This document shows, piece by piece, positions 48,843 through 56,975 of a DNA stretch of 64,000 nt; the first letter of the stretch is position 1, and each line of letters starts with the position of its first letter. The stretch is from Alphaproteobacteria bacterium. Its GTDB lineage: Bacteria > Pseudomonadota > Alphaproteobacteria > CAAHEQ01 > UBA3637. The notes below the pieces were generated by a model that saw only the letters and a list, made by a program, of their open reading frames with translations, was not told the origin of the DNA and did not search any database. The stretch lies in contig JAFTEW010000058.1 in NCBI GenBank assembly GCA_017453485.1, positions 1,890 to 65,889 of the forward strand. The letters run 5' to 3'. A program made the translations under genes and the position numbers.

Positions 48843-50465
48843 TCATCTTTTTTCTTGATCCGCCATTTCCAAAATAAAACGATCCGTTTGACCGGGGGCC
48901 ACATCTATGCCACGCCAAATACCGTCTTTGATTTGTCCCGCAACAATAATGGTATCACCGACCCAATTTTCGGGATTTCCTGGTTTCAAATTGATTTCTT
49001 GCCGAGGGAACAAATCCGGATTTTTTTCAAACATCTGTTTCACTTTTGCTATCGATGAAATAATCAATACTTTTTTGTCCCTCAATAAATCATAATAGGT
49101 CTGTTTTGTTTGCTTATCCCACGGCAACGGTGCCGTCAATGTGGCCAACGGCCAACCCAGGACCGGATTACTTGTTTTGATATACGGCACGACATATGAA
49201 TTTAAATTTTCCGCAACGGCCACGATCGTATCATCGGCCACCGTTATCGTTGTCATCGGCATATATGTTTCATTTGAAACGGTTCGAAAGGAGGAATAAC
49301 CGAACGGAAAAAGAACAGATACAACGACCAGCATTCCGGCTAAAATCCGTTTGATTCTTTCTGTCATTTTAAACCGTTTTATCATAAGAAAGATCATCAA
49401 GCCCGATAAGACTTCTAACACAATTGCATACCGTAGAATGGAGAACAACACCAACCACACCACATAGGAAACATCATAAAGTAAGACAACTGCCTGTTCC
49501 CGCCGCTCTTTTATTTTTCCGACCAGACACATTCCTGTCAAAGCAATAGCACAAATAAACGGAATAATGGCGTGATATATTTTTTCTTTTAATTCCGGTT
49601 CCGTCATATATCCCGAATCCGTTCCCCAATAAAGCGGATAAAACAGCCATTGACCGATTGTTTGCGGTAAAAAGCGGATATCCCGAACACTTTCCGCCGG
49701 TATCAACGACGATTTAAAAATATGATTAGCCATCGGGAAAATCGGATTGCCCGTTTTTTGCCAAACCAAATATAACCACCATCCATCCGTCAGACCAAAC
49801 CCGATTAAAAATCCGATTGAGATGATCAACAGTGCCTTTATCGGCCGTTTAAACTGACCGATTGCGGCACAAAACAAAACCAAAGCCCCAAAGCCGACGC
49901 ACATCGGAAAAATCGTTAATTTTAACCCCAGAACGCCCCCAACCAAACCGCTGATACCAAATAGGAGCCATTCAGATGCTTTTTTTTCAAAAAATACTTT
50001 CTTTACAAACAGATAAAAAGCCGTCAGGAATATGATGGCACAGGTTATTTCATGTGTTGTGCTTCCGATTTGTTGCGTATAAGCATATCCCGTTATGGCA
50101 TATAGCAACAAAGCAACCATCATCCACAGATCTGTTTTATTTTTCACTGGTATGAATAACCGCAATATGGCCCAGGCTATTAAAATGATCACTCCGTGAA
50201 AAGCACCATTCATAAAAAAGATAAGTTGCGGATAATTGTTAAATGTCTTTATTTGCAAATACGTCAAACTATCCAACAGCGGCGCAAAGAAAGTGTAAGC
50301 CCCCGATACAAAATAGTTTGAAAAAGTCTTACCGTTTAAAAAGGCCCATCCGTTATAAAAATGATAATTGTGCAAATCATACCAAATTTCGTTCCTGGAA
50401 TAAGCCGCCCACCATCCGCAGCAAAGCAAAACCAATATCGGTAAGAGGTATTTAATATGCCGCAT
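48843..50465 (-). CDS. polytopic membrane protein, putative GT-C glycosyltransferase (DUF2029/PimE-like)
   Basis: At least 11 predicted TM helices, a first-loop WYDLHNYHFYNGWAFLNG motif and a C-terminal soluble domain of about 140 aa. The start is at the internal ATG (MRHIKYLL). The ORF-track start is 50498. Confidence 0.55.
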   Translation of the reverse strand: MRHIKYLLPILVLLCCGWWAAYSRNEIWYDLHNYHFYNGWAFLNGKTFSNYFVSGAYTFFAPLLDSLTYLQIKTFNNYPQLIFFMNGAFHGVIILIAWAILRLFIPVKNKTDLWMMVALLLYAITGYAYTQQIGSTTHEITCAIIFLTAFYLFVKKVFFEKKASEWLLFGISGLVGGVLGLKLTIFPMCVGFGALVLFCAAIGQFKRPIKALLIISIGFLIGFGLTDGWWLYLVWQKTGNPIFPMANHIFKSSLIPAESVRDIRFLPQTIGQWLFYPLYWGTDSGYMTEPELKEKIYHAIIPFICAIALTGMCLVGKIKERREQAVVLLYDVSYVVWLVLFSILRYAIVLEVLSGLMIFLMIKRFKMTERIKRILAGMLVVVSVLFPFGYSSFRTVSNETYMPMTTITVADDTIVAVAENLNSYVVPYIKTSNPVLGWPLATLTAPLPWDKQTKQTYYDLLRDKKVLIISSIAKVKQMFEKNPDLFPRQEINLKPGNPENWVGDTIIVAGQIKDGIWRGIDVAPGQTDRFILEMADQEKR

Positions 50466-50895
50466 CTTGCCTTTTCCTTCCCATTGGCCGAAACGCAATA
50501 TATTTCAACATCAAATAACTGTTGACTGTCACCAGTATCAAGGCAATGGCTTGGGATAAATACGGGTTCATATCCAACCACAAAAATACCGCTAACAACC
50601 CGGCATTCAACACATAACTGACCCCCCACCCCATCAGGCAACGTATATATTCATTTACATAATTACCGCGGGTATTAAATACATAAAATTTTTGTGTCAG
50701 ATAACCATTCACGGATGAAACAACAAAGGCCCAAAATAACGCCGCTTGCGGATTAACCTTCAAAAAGACAAACATCGTATATAAAGCATAAGAAACAAGG
50801 GTGTTATAACCGCCCACCAGTATATATCTGATTTTTTCCGGAAATCGCATCCAGAATTGAAATAAAATACCATACCATTTTATCAGTTGTTGCAT
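50452..50895 (-). CDS. GtrA-family membrane protein (polyprenyl-P-sugar flippase-like)
   Basis: Four TM helices, with the pattern R(Y)ILVGGYNTLVSYALY...YLTQKFYVF typical of GtrA. Confidence 0.75.
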   Translation of the reverse strand: MQQLIKWYGILFQFWMRFPEKIRYILVGGYNTLVSYALYTMFVFLKVNPQAALFWAFVVSSVNGYLTQKFYVFNTRGNYVNEYIRCLMGWGVSYVLNAGLLAVFLWLDMNPYLSQAIALILVTVNSYLMLKYIAFRPMGRKRQDAAY

Positions 50896-50937
50896 ATAAA
50901 AAACCTAGCAGAAAGGACCTATCCTGTCAACTTTTTA

Positions 50938-50966
50938 TTGAATTTTTACGCTTTTTCTGATATAAT
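50938..50966 (+). promoter_or_regulatory. sigma-70-type promoter, possibly producing a leaderless queH mRNA
   Basis: TTGAAT, a 17-nt spacer, then TATAAT. The ATG at 50974 starts 8 nt after the -10 box and no SD is present. Confidence 0.5.
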
Positions 50967-50973
50967 GGCAACC

Positions 50974-51516
50974 ATGAAAAAAGATAAACTTTTATTATTA
51001 TCTTGTTGTGCCCCCTGCTCTATCGGTGTTATTCATGATTTATATACCCAAGGGGTTGATTTTACCGTTCTGTTTTATAATCCGAATATTCGCCCGGAAT
51101 CCGAGTATATCCGCCGGCGAGACGAAAACAAGCGAATTTGTGATGAATTAGGGGTTCCTTTTATGGAATTAGCCTATGATAACGATAGTTGGATTCAGGC
51201 AACCCGGGGATTTGAAAATGAGCCGGAACGGGGTAAGCGATGCGACATCTGCTTTTTACTCCGATTAAGGGGGGCTGCTCGCTTTGCGCGTGAAAATGGA
51301 TTTACCCGATTTTCTTCCGTCTTGGGCATTTCTCGCTATAAGGATTTTGAACAGGTTTGCCGTGCCGGTCAACAAGCGGCTGAGGAAGAAAATATCCCCT
51401 ACGACCTGACAAATTGGCGAAAAAACGGGGGGGAACAACGGGCGAATGACCTGGCCCGAAAACATCATTTATACCGCCAAAATTATTGCGGTTGCCATCC
51501 CCGATCTCAGGAGTAG
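50974..51516 (+). CDS. queH: epoxyqueuosine reductase QueH
   Basis: LLLSCCAPCS...FYNPNI.P..EY..R motif of the QueH/DUF208 family. Alternative starts are 50965 and the ORF-track 50887. Confidence 0.8.
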   Translation: MKKDKLLLLSCCAPCSIGVIHDLYTQGVDFTVLFYNPNIRPESEYIRRRDENKRICDELGVPFMELAYDNDSWIQATRGFENEPERGKRCDICFLLRLRGAARFARENGFTRFSSVLGISRYKDFEQVCRAGQQAAEEENIPYDLTNWRKNGGEQRANDLARKHHLYRQNYCGCHPRSQE

Positions 51517-51519
51517 CCC

Positions 51520-52104
51520 ATGCCATCAACTTGCCCGGATTTATGCATTTCCGTCTTAAAAGCCGTATCGGAAGGAAAACCGATCCAAACAATTTTAACC
51601 TCTATCCGTCAGGCAATCATTCAAGGTGTTTCTCTGTCTGAGAGCAACTATTTTTTGCTGAGACAACTGATTGATTCGGATATCTATTTGAAAAACAGAT
51701 TGTGCCTTATCCGAAGGATAATTGCCTTACCGTCGTTTAAATATGAGGCCAACCAAAACCCGGCCGGATTGGTTAATTTATTAGCGATAAGTGCTTATTG
51801 GCTTGATTTAAAACTATTTGATAAAAAAGCAATTTATCACATCGGTTCTTACCGAACCGTTGATCCGGCACAAACAACACATTTAATGCTGTTGGATATT
51901 GGTGTCGCTCTGATTAACAAGGGGTTTCACTTTTCGAATAATGTTATTCGGTTTAATAATGCCAACGCTTATTCAACCTTAGCCCCCTACTCGCTAACCT
52001 TTTTAAAGCAGTGTCGTGAACGCTATCGATTTCTATCAAGGAAAAAGGCCGGCTACTTACATGCCGAACAATTAACATCATACATTCGCCAACGGGAAGA
52101 TTAA
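51520..52104 (+). CDS. hypothetical protein
   Basis: 194-aa ORF starting 3 nt after the queH stop. I recognised no family. Confidence 0.45.
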   Translation: MPSTCPDLCISVLKAVSEGKPIQTILTSIRQAIIQGVSLSESNYFLLRQLIDSDIYLKNRLCLIRRIIALPSFKYEANQNPAGLVNLLAISAYWLDLKLFDKKAIYHIGSYRTVDPAQTTHLMLLDIGVALINKGFHFSNNVIRFNNANAYSTLAPYSLTFLKQCRERYRFLSRKKAGYLHAEQLTSYIRQRED

Positions 52105-52694
52105 CCTTTTACTTTGGCATCTAACCTGTTTTGAACTTTATTTATGGCTTCAAAAATATCTTCGGGATTATCAACAAATCCGACATAGTCAACCTTATCC
52201 TGGTTTAAGGTTCCTTCCTGCAACATATTCAACATCAACGCCCGGAATGGTTCCCAAAAATTATTATAGTTCAAGAAAATCATCGGTTTTCGCTTTACTT
52301 CCCCTGTTTGAATCAAAACAGCAAATTCCGAAAACTCATCAATGGTCCCCCATCCACCGGGGCCAACCAGGATAGCTTCTCCCATTTGGAACATATCTTT
52401 TTTACGGTGGGACAAATCGGCTACAATTTTAATTTCCCCCAATTTAAAAACCGTTGGATCCTTGCATTGCAGTTCCAATAACTTTAATGTTGTAATACCG
52501 ATAACATTCCCGTTTTTATTACGAACCCCCTGGAACATACTCCCCATTAATCCGTTATCACCGATACCAAAAACCATTGTGCTTCCATGCTCGGCCAAAA
52601 TTTCCCCCGTTCGCCGCATCGGCTCATAATAAACGGAAGAAATAGTCGGGGCCGCCCCACAAAAAGCCGTAATCATTTTATATCGTTTCATCAT
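52101..52694 (-). CDS. LOG-family nucleotide 5'-monophosphate nucleosidase (TIGR00730-type)
   Basis: PGGWGTIDEFSE (PGGxGTxxE) motif and a Rossmann-like N-terminus. Confidence 0.8.
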   Translation of the reverse strand: MMKRYKMITAFCGAAPTISSVYYEPMRRTGEILAEHGSTMVFGIGDNGLMGSMFQGVRNKNGNVIGITTLKLLELQCKDPTVFKLGEIKIVADLSHRKKDMFQMGEAILVGPGGWGTIDEFSEFAVLIQTGEVKRKPMIFLNYNNFWEPFRALMLNMLQEGTLNQDKVDYVGFVDNPEDIFEAINKVQNRLDAKVKG

Positions 52695-52800
52695 GAATCC
52701 TTTCAGTTTGGTTTCATTATAACTTCTTTTTTGTTTTTTTCAACAAAAAAGTTGTTTTTGGCAGGGAAACAGGCTATGTTATTTTGGAAAGGAGTTTTTC

Positions 52801-53409
52801 ATGGATTTAACCGTTTTATTCACCATTTCACATGGCGTCTATTTGACGGGTGCCCGTGATTTAGACAATCGTCTGGTCGGCAGTTGTATTGATGCCGTTA
52901 TGGTGGTTGAAGCCTCTCCCGCACAAATTCTTGTTTCCCTAAATAAACAATCATATACGGCACAAACGGTTTTGAAAACACGACGTTTTTCTCTGACTGT
53001 TTTATCTGATGATGCATCATCAGATCTCATTCAACTGTTCGGTATGAATACTTCTCGCACCACGGATAAGTGGTTGACAGGTTCATATACCCTAACGGAT
53101 GATTTACCGATACATAACGACGCCGTCGCCGGTTTAATTGTCACCGTTGATTCCGTTTCGGAAACATCTGGGCATTATGTGTTGTTGTGTTCTGTTGAAC
53201 AGGCTATTCCTGGGACGATGAAAAACCCTTTGATATATCATGATTACCAAAATAGAAAAAGAAAGGAAAAAATAATGTCTGAAACAAAAAAATGGGTTTG
53301 TTCCGTTTGCGGTTATGTCTATGATGGAGAAGTTCCGTTTGAAGAATTACCCGAAGATTGGGTCTGCCCTTTATGTGGTGAACCGAAATCCGTTTTTGTC
53401 CAAGAATAA
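52801..53409 (+). CDS. flavin reductase-like domain fused to C-terminal rubredoxin (high-molecular-weight rubredoxin-like)
   Basis: N-terminal flavin_reduct-like domain (SHGVYLTGA...[10 protein letters not shown]). The C-terminus reads [12 protein letters not shown]...EDWVCPLCG, a rubredoxin pattern. Confidence 0.8.
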   Translation: MDLTVLFTISHGVYLTGARDLDNRLVGSCIDAVMVVEASPAQILVSLNKQSYTAQTVLKTRRFSLTVLSDDASSDLIQLFGMNTSRTTDKWLTGSYTLTDDLPIHNDAVAGLIVTVDSVSETSGHYVLLCSVEQAIPGTMKNPLIYHDYQNRKRKEKIMSETKKWVCSVCGYVYDGEVPFEELPEDWVCPLCGEPKSVFVQE

Positions 53410-53453
53410 AGTCGGACAAAGCATAAAAAGTAGTTCCTGTTTTTATATTCTGC

Positions 53454-53482
53454 TTGACTTTTTTCAAGAAACGGCGTATAAA
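53454..53482 (+). promoter_or_regulatory. sigma-70-type promoter for tRNA-Ala
   Basis: TTGACT, a 17-nt spacer, then TATAAA. Confidence 0.55.
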
Positions 53483-53497
53483 AGCATTACTTTTTAT

Positions 53498-53573
<76 letters not shown>

Positions 53574-53598
53574 AAGCCTTTTTAACAAAGGCTTTTTT
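53574..53598. terminator. bidirectional terminator shared by tRNA-Ala and the convergent four-gene operon
   Basis: AAAGCCTT-tttaaca-AAGGCTTT followed by TTT. The 8-bp stem starts at the terminal A of the CCA (53573). The stop codon of the minus-strand 159-aa ORF lies in the T-run. Confidence 0.65.
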
Positions 53599-54076
53599 AT
53601 ATGCTTTTTTCCATATTCATACCCGTCGGCAATTTCTTTTGAATCGGCTGAATCATATAGTTCAAAAAATCCACAAAAGTTGCAAAATGCAGGATGACCT
53701 GATAGGTGTATCTGTCCAATAATTGATATTCCTTGACACTGAAATCATAAACAATCAAAGTTTCCCACCCGTATCCCAATAACAATTTTTTTCGCATCAC
53801 GGCATTATTTTGGCAAAATTGATAATTTTGCAAAATACCGGGATGATGAAAAGCCCCCTTATTTCGTTCAATGTTTTCCAAAGAAAACAAATCCACGCCA
53901 TTCCAAGATAATCCGTTTGTCATCGCCAAAAAGGATACATAATCCAACGGAATGGGGGGCACACCGGCCTTAACTAATTTGACAGAAGTCTGTTGCACCA
54001 ATTTCGGCTCAATGGCCGGAAAAACAACGGCATAATTTTCATACAGACATTTTAAGCATTGTTTTAATTCAGACAT
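53597..54076 (-). CDS. SUKH-1 (SMI1/KNR4)-like putative immunity protein
   Basis: ...GVPPIPLDYVSFLAMTNGLSWNGVDLFSL... and the C-terminal ...LLLGYGWETLIVYDFSVKEYQLLDRYTYQV...FATFVDFL match the SMI1_KNR4 pattern (LP.dY..FL...NG; ig..g....l.d; sF.eFL). The gene starts 4 nt after the HNH-like gene. Confidence 0.6.
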   Translation of the reverse strand: MSELKQCLKCLYENYAVVFPAIEPKLVQQTSVKLVKAGVPPIPLDYVSFLAMTNGLSWNGVDLFSLENIERNKGAFHHPGILQNYQFCQNNAVMRKKLLLGYGWETLIVYDFSVKEYQLLDRYTYQVILHFATFVDFLNYMIQPIQKKLPTGMNMEKSI

Positions 54077-54080
54077 CGGA

Positions 54081-54761
54081 TTACCTCCCCGGCATTGTTT
54101 TTAGGGCTATATCCCGCAAAGCACTTTGGGTAAAGCCCGACAAAACAGAACGGTCTTGTTTATTTTTACCGCCGGAACCGGTAAACAATCCCATCGGGAT
54201 ATACACTTTCCCCCGTGGTACCGGCACATAAAGTTGCTTCGGAGTCAGATATCCTTCCGGTCCGATAATTTGTTTATCAATATAGCGATGGATTAAATCG
54301 TGAAACGGACGAGCCTGGATAAAGACCATATTCTCAAAAGAGATTGTTCCACCATAATCCAACGGATATTTTAGATGGACAACAAAATTTTCAGGTTGTT
54401 GTCCCCGTTTCATATAGAATAATCCTTCTTCCGTCACGCCGGCTGAGCGTAAATCATTGGCGTGATGATAGGATAAAAAACGTACAAAGTCACGGATAGT
54501 CCGATTTAATTGTTTCTGACGACCGATCAGATCCGAATTATCCTGTGCATAATGATTAACCGCCATTAAATCCATACCCGGAAAATTCATGCTGTTAAAC
54601 AAATTTTCCCAGTAAGCCTGCCCCTGTTCTTCCAATTGTAAATTGTTCAGTTCGGCATCATCAAACAAGGGTGTTTCCAACAACTGATTCCAATCGCTGA
54701 ATACATCTTCCGCATTCAATGTGGTTGACAAGGACAGTTGTTCCGTTTTTTCTGTTGTCAT
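54081..54761 (-). CDS. putative nuclease toxin/effector with colicin-DNase-like HNH (beta-beta-alpha-Me) domain
   Basis: DFVRFLS...MKRGQQP...VVHLKYPLDYGGTISFENMVFIQARPFHDLIH aligns by eye with colicin E9 DNase DFRKKFW...MKVGKAP...[32 protein letters not shown]. The N-terminal ~110 aa are acidic, there is no signal peptide, and the C-terminal tail is basic. Confidence 0.6.
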   Translation of the reverse strand: MTTEKTEQLSLSTTLNAEDVFSDWNQLLETPLFDDAELNNLQLEEQGQAYWENLFNSMNFPGMDLMAVNHYAQDNSDLIGRQKQLNRTIRDFVRFLSYHHANDLRSAGVTEEGLFYMKRGQQPENFVVHLKYPLDYGGTISFENMVFIQARPFHDLIHRYIDKQIIGPEGYLTPKQLYVPVPRGKVYIPMGLFTGSGGKNKQDRSVLSGFTQSALRDIALKTMPGR

Positions 54762-54762
54762 T

Positions 54763-56958
54763 TTATGCCTTTAATTGTTCGTCGTCGTCTTCCAATTCCA
54801 ACATATCATTCTGCATTAAGGCTCGCAAAGCAGCCATATCCGTTTCTTCCCGTTGGGCAACCACCCAATATGGGACAAACGGTGCCGTCGGTAAAGAGCA
54901 TTTTTTACGCATTTTTTTATCCAAATACCAACGGGGCGCATCCGCCAAAATCGGCCGATTTAAAAAGCCCTGAAATAAGACATATTGTTTTAACATATTC
55001 AAACTCATCATTTCGGAAGCTCCAACAACATTGGAACTTTGTAATGAGCGGGATACGTTGGCCGCAAACGGATTTGTCTGCATAGACACCCCTTCCGTCC
55101 GAGATGAACTGGCCACTTCAATGGTCCGCGAACCAATCATTTTAGAAAACCGTTCAGCGGTTTGTTCATTGTTTTGGGCTAAAATAACTTTGGCGGCCGT
55201 TGTTGTAATGATTGTTTCCAAATCATCTTTTCCATATTGACCGGAAATTTGTCCCAAATCTTGTCCGATTAACAAATAAGCCACTTTTTGCCCCCGTCCG
55301 ACAGCCGGTCCGTCTTTAACGGCAGCTAATTTCGGCATTTGCGGGAATTCGTCCAAGACAAATAACACCGGATAAGGTCCGACTTTAACCCCATCTGACC
55401 CCATATCATTCGGCTTATTGGAAATCAGGTATGAACTCATCAATTCAACAAACACACCTGTAATCACGTTTAATGTCCGGGCATCAACCTGATTAACTGA
55501 CAAGTAAACCGATATTGGCTTCATTTCACCGGTAATGGGATCAATCATTCCCCGCAAATCACGGAAGGTTAAATCACTGAATTTTGTCCGTGTCCGAACA
55601 GCCGAGTTTTTAAAGATGTTAATGCCGGAAAATGCCGTTGACAAAATAGATCCGCGTTCCTTGTCCGGAGTTCCGGCTAACTGTGATAATTCAACTGTCG
55701 CCCGTCGGGCATAACCGAATCGTTCACTTTCGGCAATTGCCAATTTTAACGCATCTGCCCCGGCATCTGCAAAAGCCGCCGCCTGATCCCCTTCATCTTG
55801 GCGCCGTTTTAAGTCGGCATTAATTTTCATTTGGATATCTGTCCACCAATCAAAAATCATAGCAATACACGGCTCATTTCCTTGCCAACTTTCCGGCAAA
55901 CCTTCCCAGGTTCCGACCGGTGCATAATTATCCAACGTCAGCGTTCCCTCTTTTAACGCTTCCAGAGAAATACGCGCACTCGGATCTGTCATATCCATAT
56001 AATAGGTTTCCAATACTTCGGCATCTTCTTTATCAAACGATCCTTCACTCAATTTTGAAATAAAGTAATCATTGGCTCTGGCCCGCTCGCATTTACTGCA
56101 AATAAAGTGTAGAAAACCGGACATAGCGTTTCGTCCTGTTTTAGACCAGTGCGGATCTGCTCCGCCTTTCGGTTCTTCTACCAAGACCGCCACCATTGAG
56201 TCAATATACATATCCCGGCCCGGCCCTAACGGTGGCAAACAAGTTGGGGATAACGGGTTCCAACTGGGATAATAAACACCTTTTTCCGGATCATCCTCGG
56301 CTCCCCAGTTAATCACAAAGACCGGTCCTTGTGTTGCCCGATACCCAGACGTGTTATAACACAATTCAGGTTTGGGGTCGTTAATAATTAAACTTAATCC
56401 CGGTGATTCCAATATGGTTGGGATCACAACCCCAGCTGTTTTACCGGTTCCCGGAGGTGCCACCACCAAAGCCGATAACGTTTCCGGCATTTTCAATAAT
56501 TTTCCCTTAAATCGTCCCAAGACAATGACAAAGCCCTTAAAAAGTCCCATTTTTTCAACATCAGCATAGGTTGCTTTTCGGCCGCTGCCAAACACATTGG
56601 GGCGATAACTATAAGGATTTGTCACAATGCGATAGACAACAAAAGCACCGGATAAAACAAATGCCATATAGGGTAAATACAAAATCGGAGATGGATTATT
56701 GGTTGTTTTTAAAACGCCCAGATACTGGCGAAAAACACCGACGATTCCACTCAACGGAGAAACAACAGACGGCTTCCAAACTTTTGTCCATGCCCATCCA
56801 AGGGATTCAACCCCGAAACCGACCAAAACAAAATTAACCACCGGAATAAAAATAAGCAACAACAGCCACGTCAACGGTATCGCTAAAAAGAAACTTAATA
56901 AAATTCTGGCAATACACTTTTGTTGTTCTTCGTATGCTTCGTCTCGTTTAAAAGCCAT
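54763..56958 (-). CDS. virD4: VirD4/TraG-family type IV coupling protein (T4CP)-like ATPase
   Basis: Two N-terminal TM helices, FGSGRKATYADVEKMGLF (compare hGsArwA), Walker A APPGTGKTAGVVIPT, Walker B PVLFVLDEFPQM and IGQDLGQISGQYGKD...TAERFSKMIG. The C-terminus is acidic (ELEDDDEQLKA). Confidence 0.85.
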   Translation of the reverse strand: MAFKRDEAYEEQQKCIARILLSFFLAIPLTWLLLLIFIPVVNFVLVGFGVESLGWAWTKVWKPSVVSPLSGIVGVFRQYLGVLKTTNNPSPILYLPYMAFVLSGAFVVYRIVTNPYSYRPNVFGSGRKATYADVEKMGLFKGFVIVLGRFKGKLLKMPETLSALVVAPPGTGKTAGVVIPTILESPGLSLIINDPKPELCYNTSGYRATQGPVFVINWGAEDDPEKGVYYPSWNPLSPTCLPPLGPGRDMYIDSMVAVLVEEPKGGADPHWSKTGRNAMSGFLHFICSKCERARANDYFISKLSEGSFDKEDAEVLETYYMDMTDPSARISLEALKEGTLTLDNYAPVGTWEGLPESWQGNEPCIAMIFDWWTDIQMKINADLKRRQDEGDQAAAFADAGADALKLAIAESERFGYARRATVELSQLAGTPDKERGSILSTAFSGINIFKNSAVRTRTKFSDLTFRDLRGMIDPITGEMKPISVYLSVNQVDARTLNVITGVFVELMSSYLISNKPNDMGSDGVKVGPYPVLFVLDEFPQMPKLAAVKDGPAVGRGQKVAYLLIGQDLGQISGQYGKDDLETIITTTAAKVILAQNNEQTAERFSKMIGSRTIEVASSSRTEGVSMQTNPFAANVSRSLQSSNVVGASEMMSLNMLKQYVLFQGFLNRPILADAPRWYLDKKMRKKCSLPTAPFVPYWVVAQREETDMAALRALMQNDMLELEDDDEQLKA

Positions 56959-56975
56959 TTAACCCCTCATACTCC

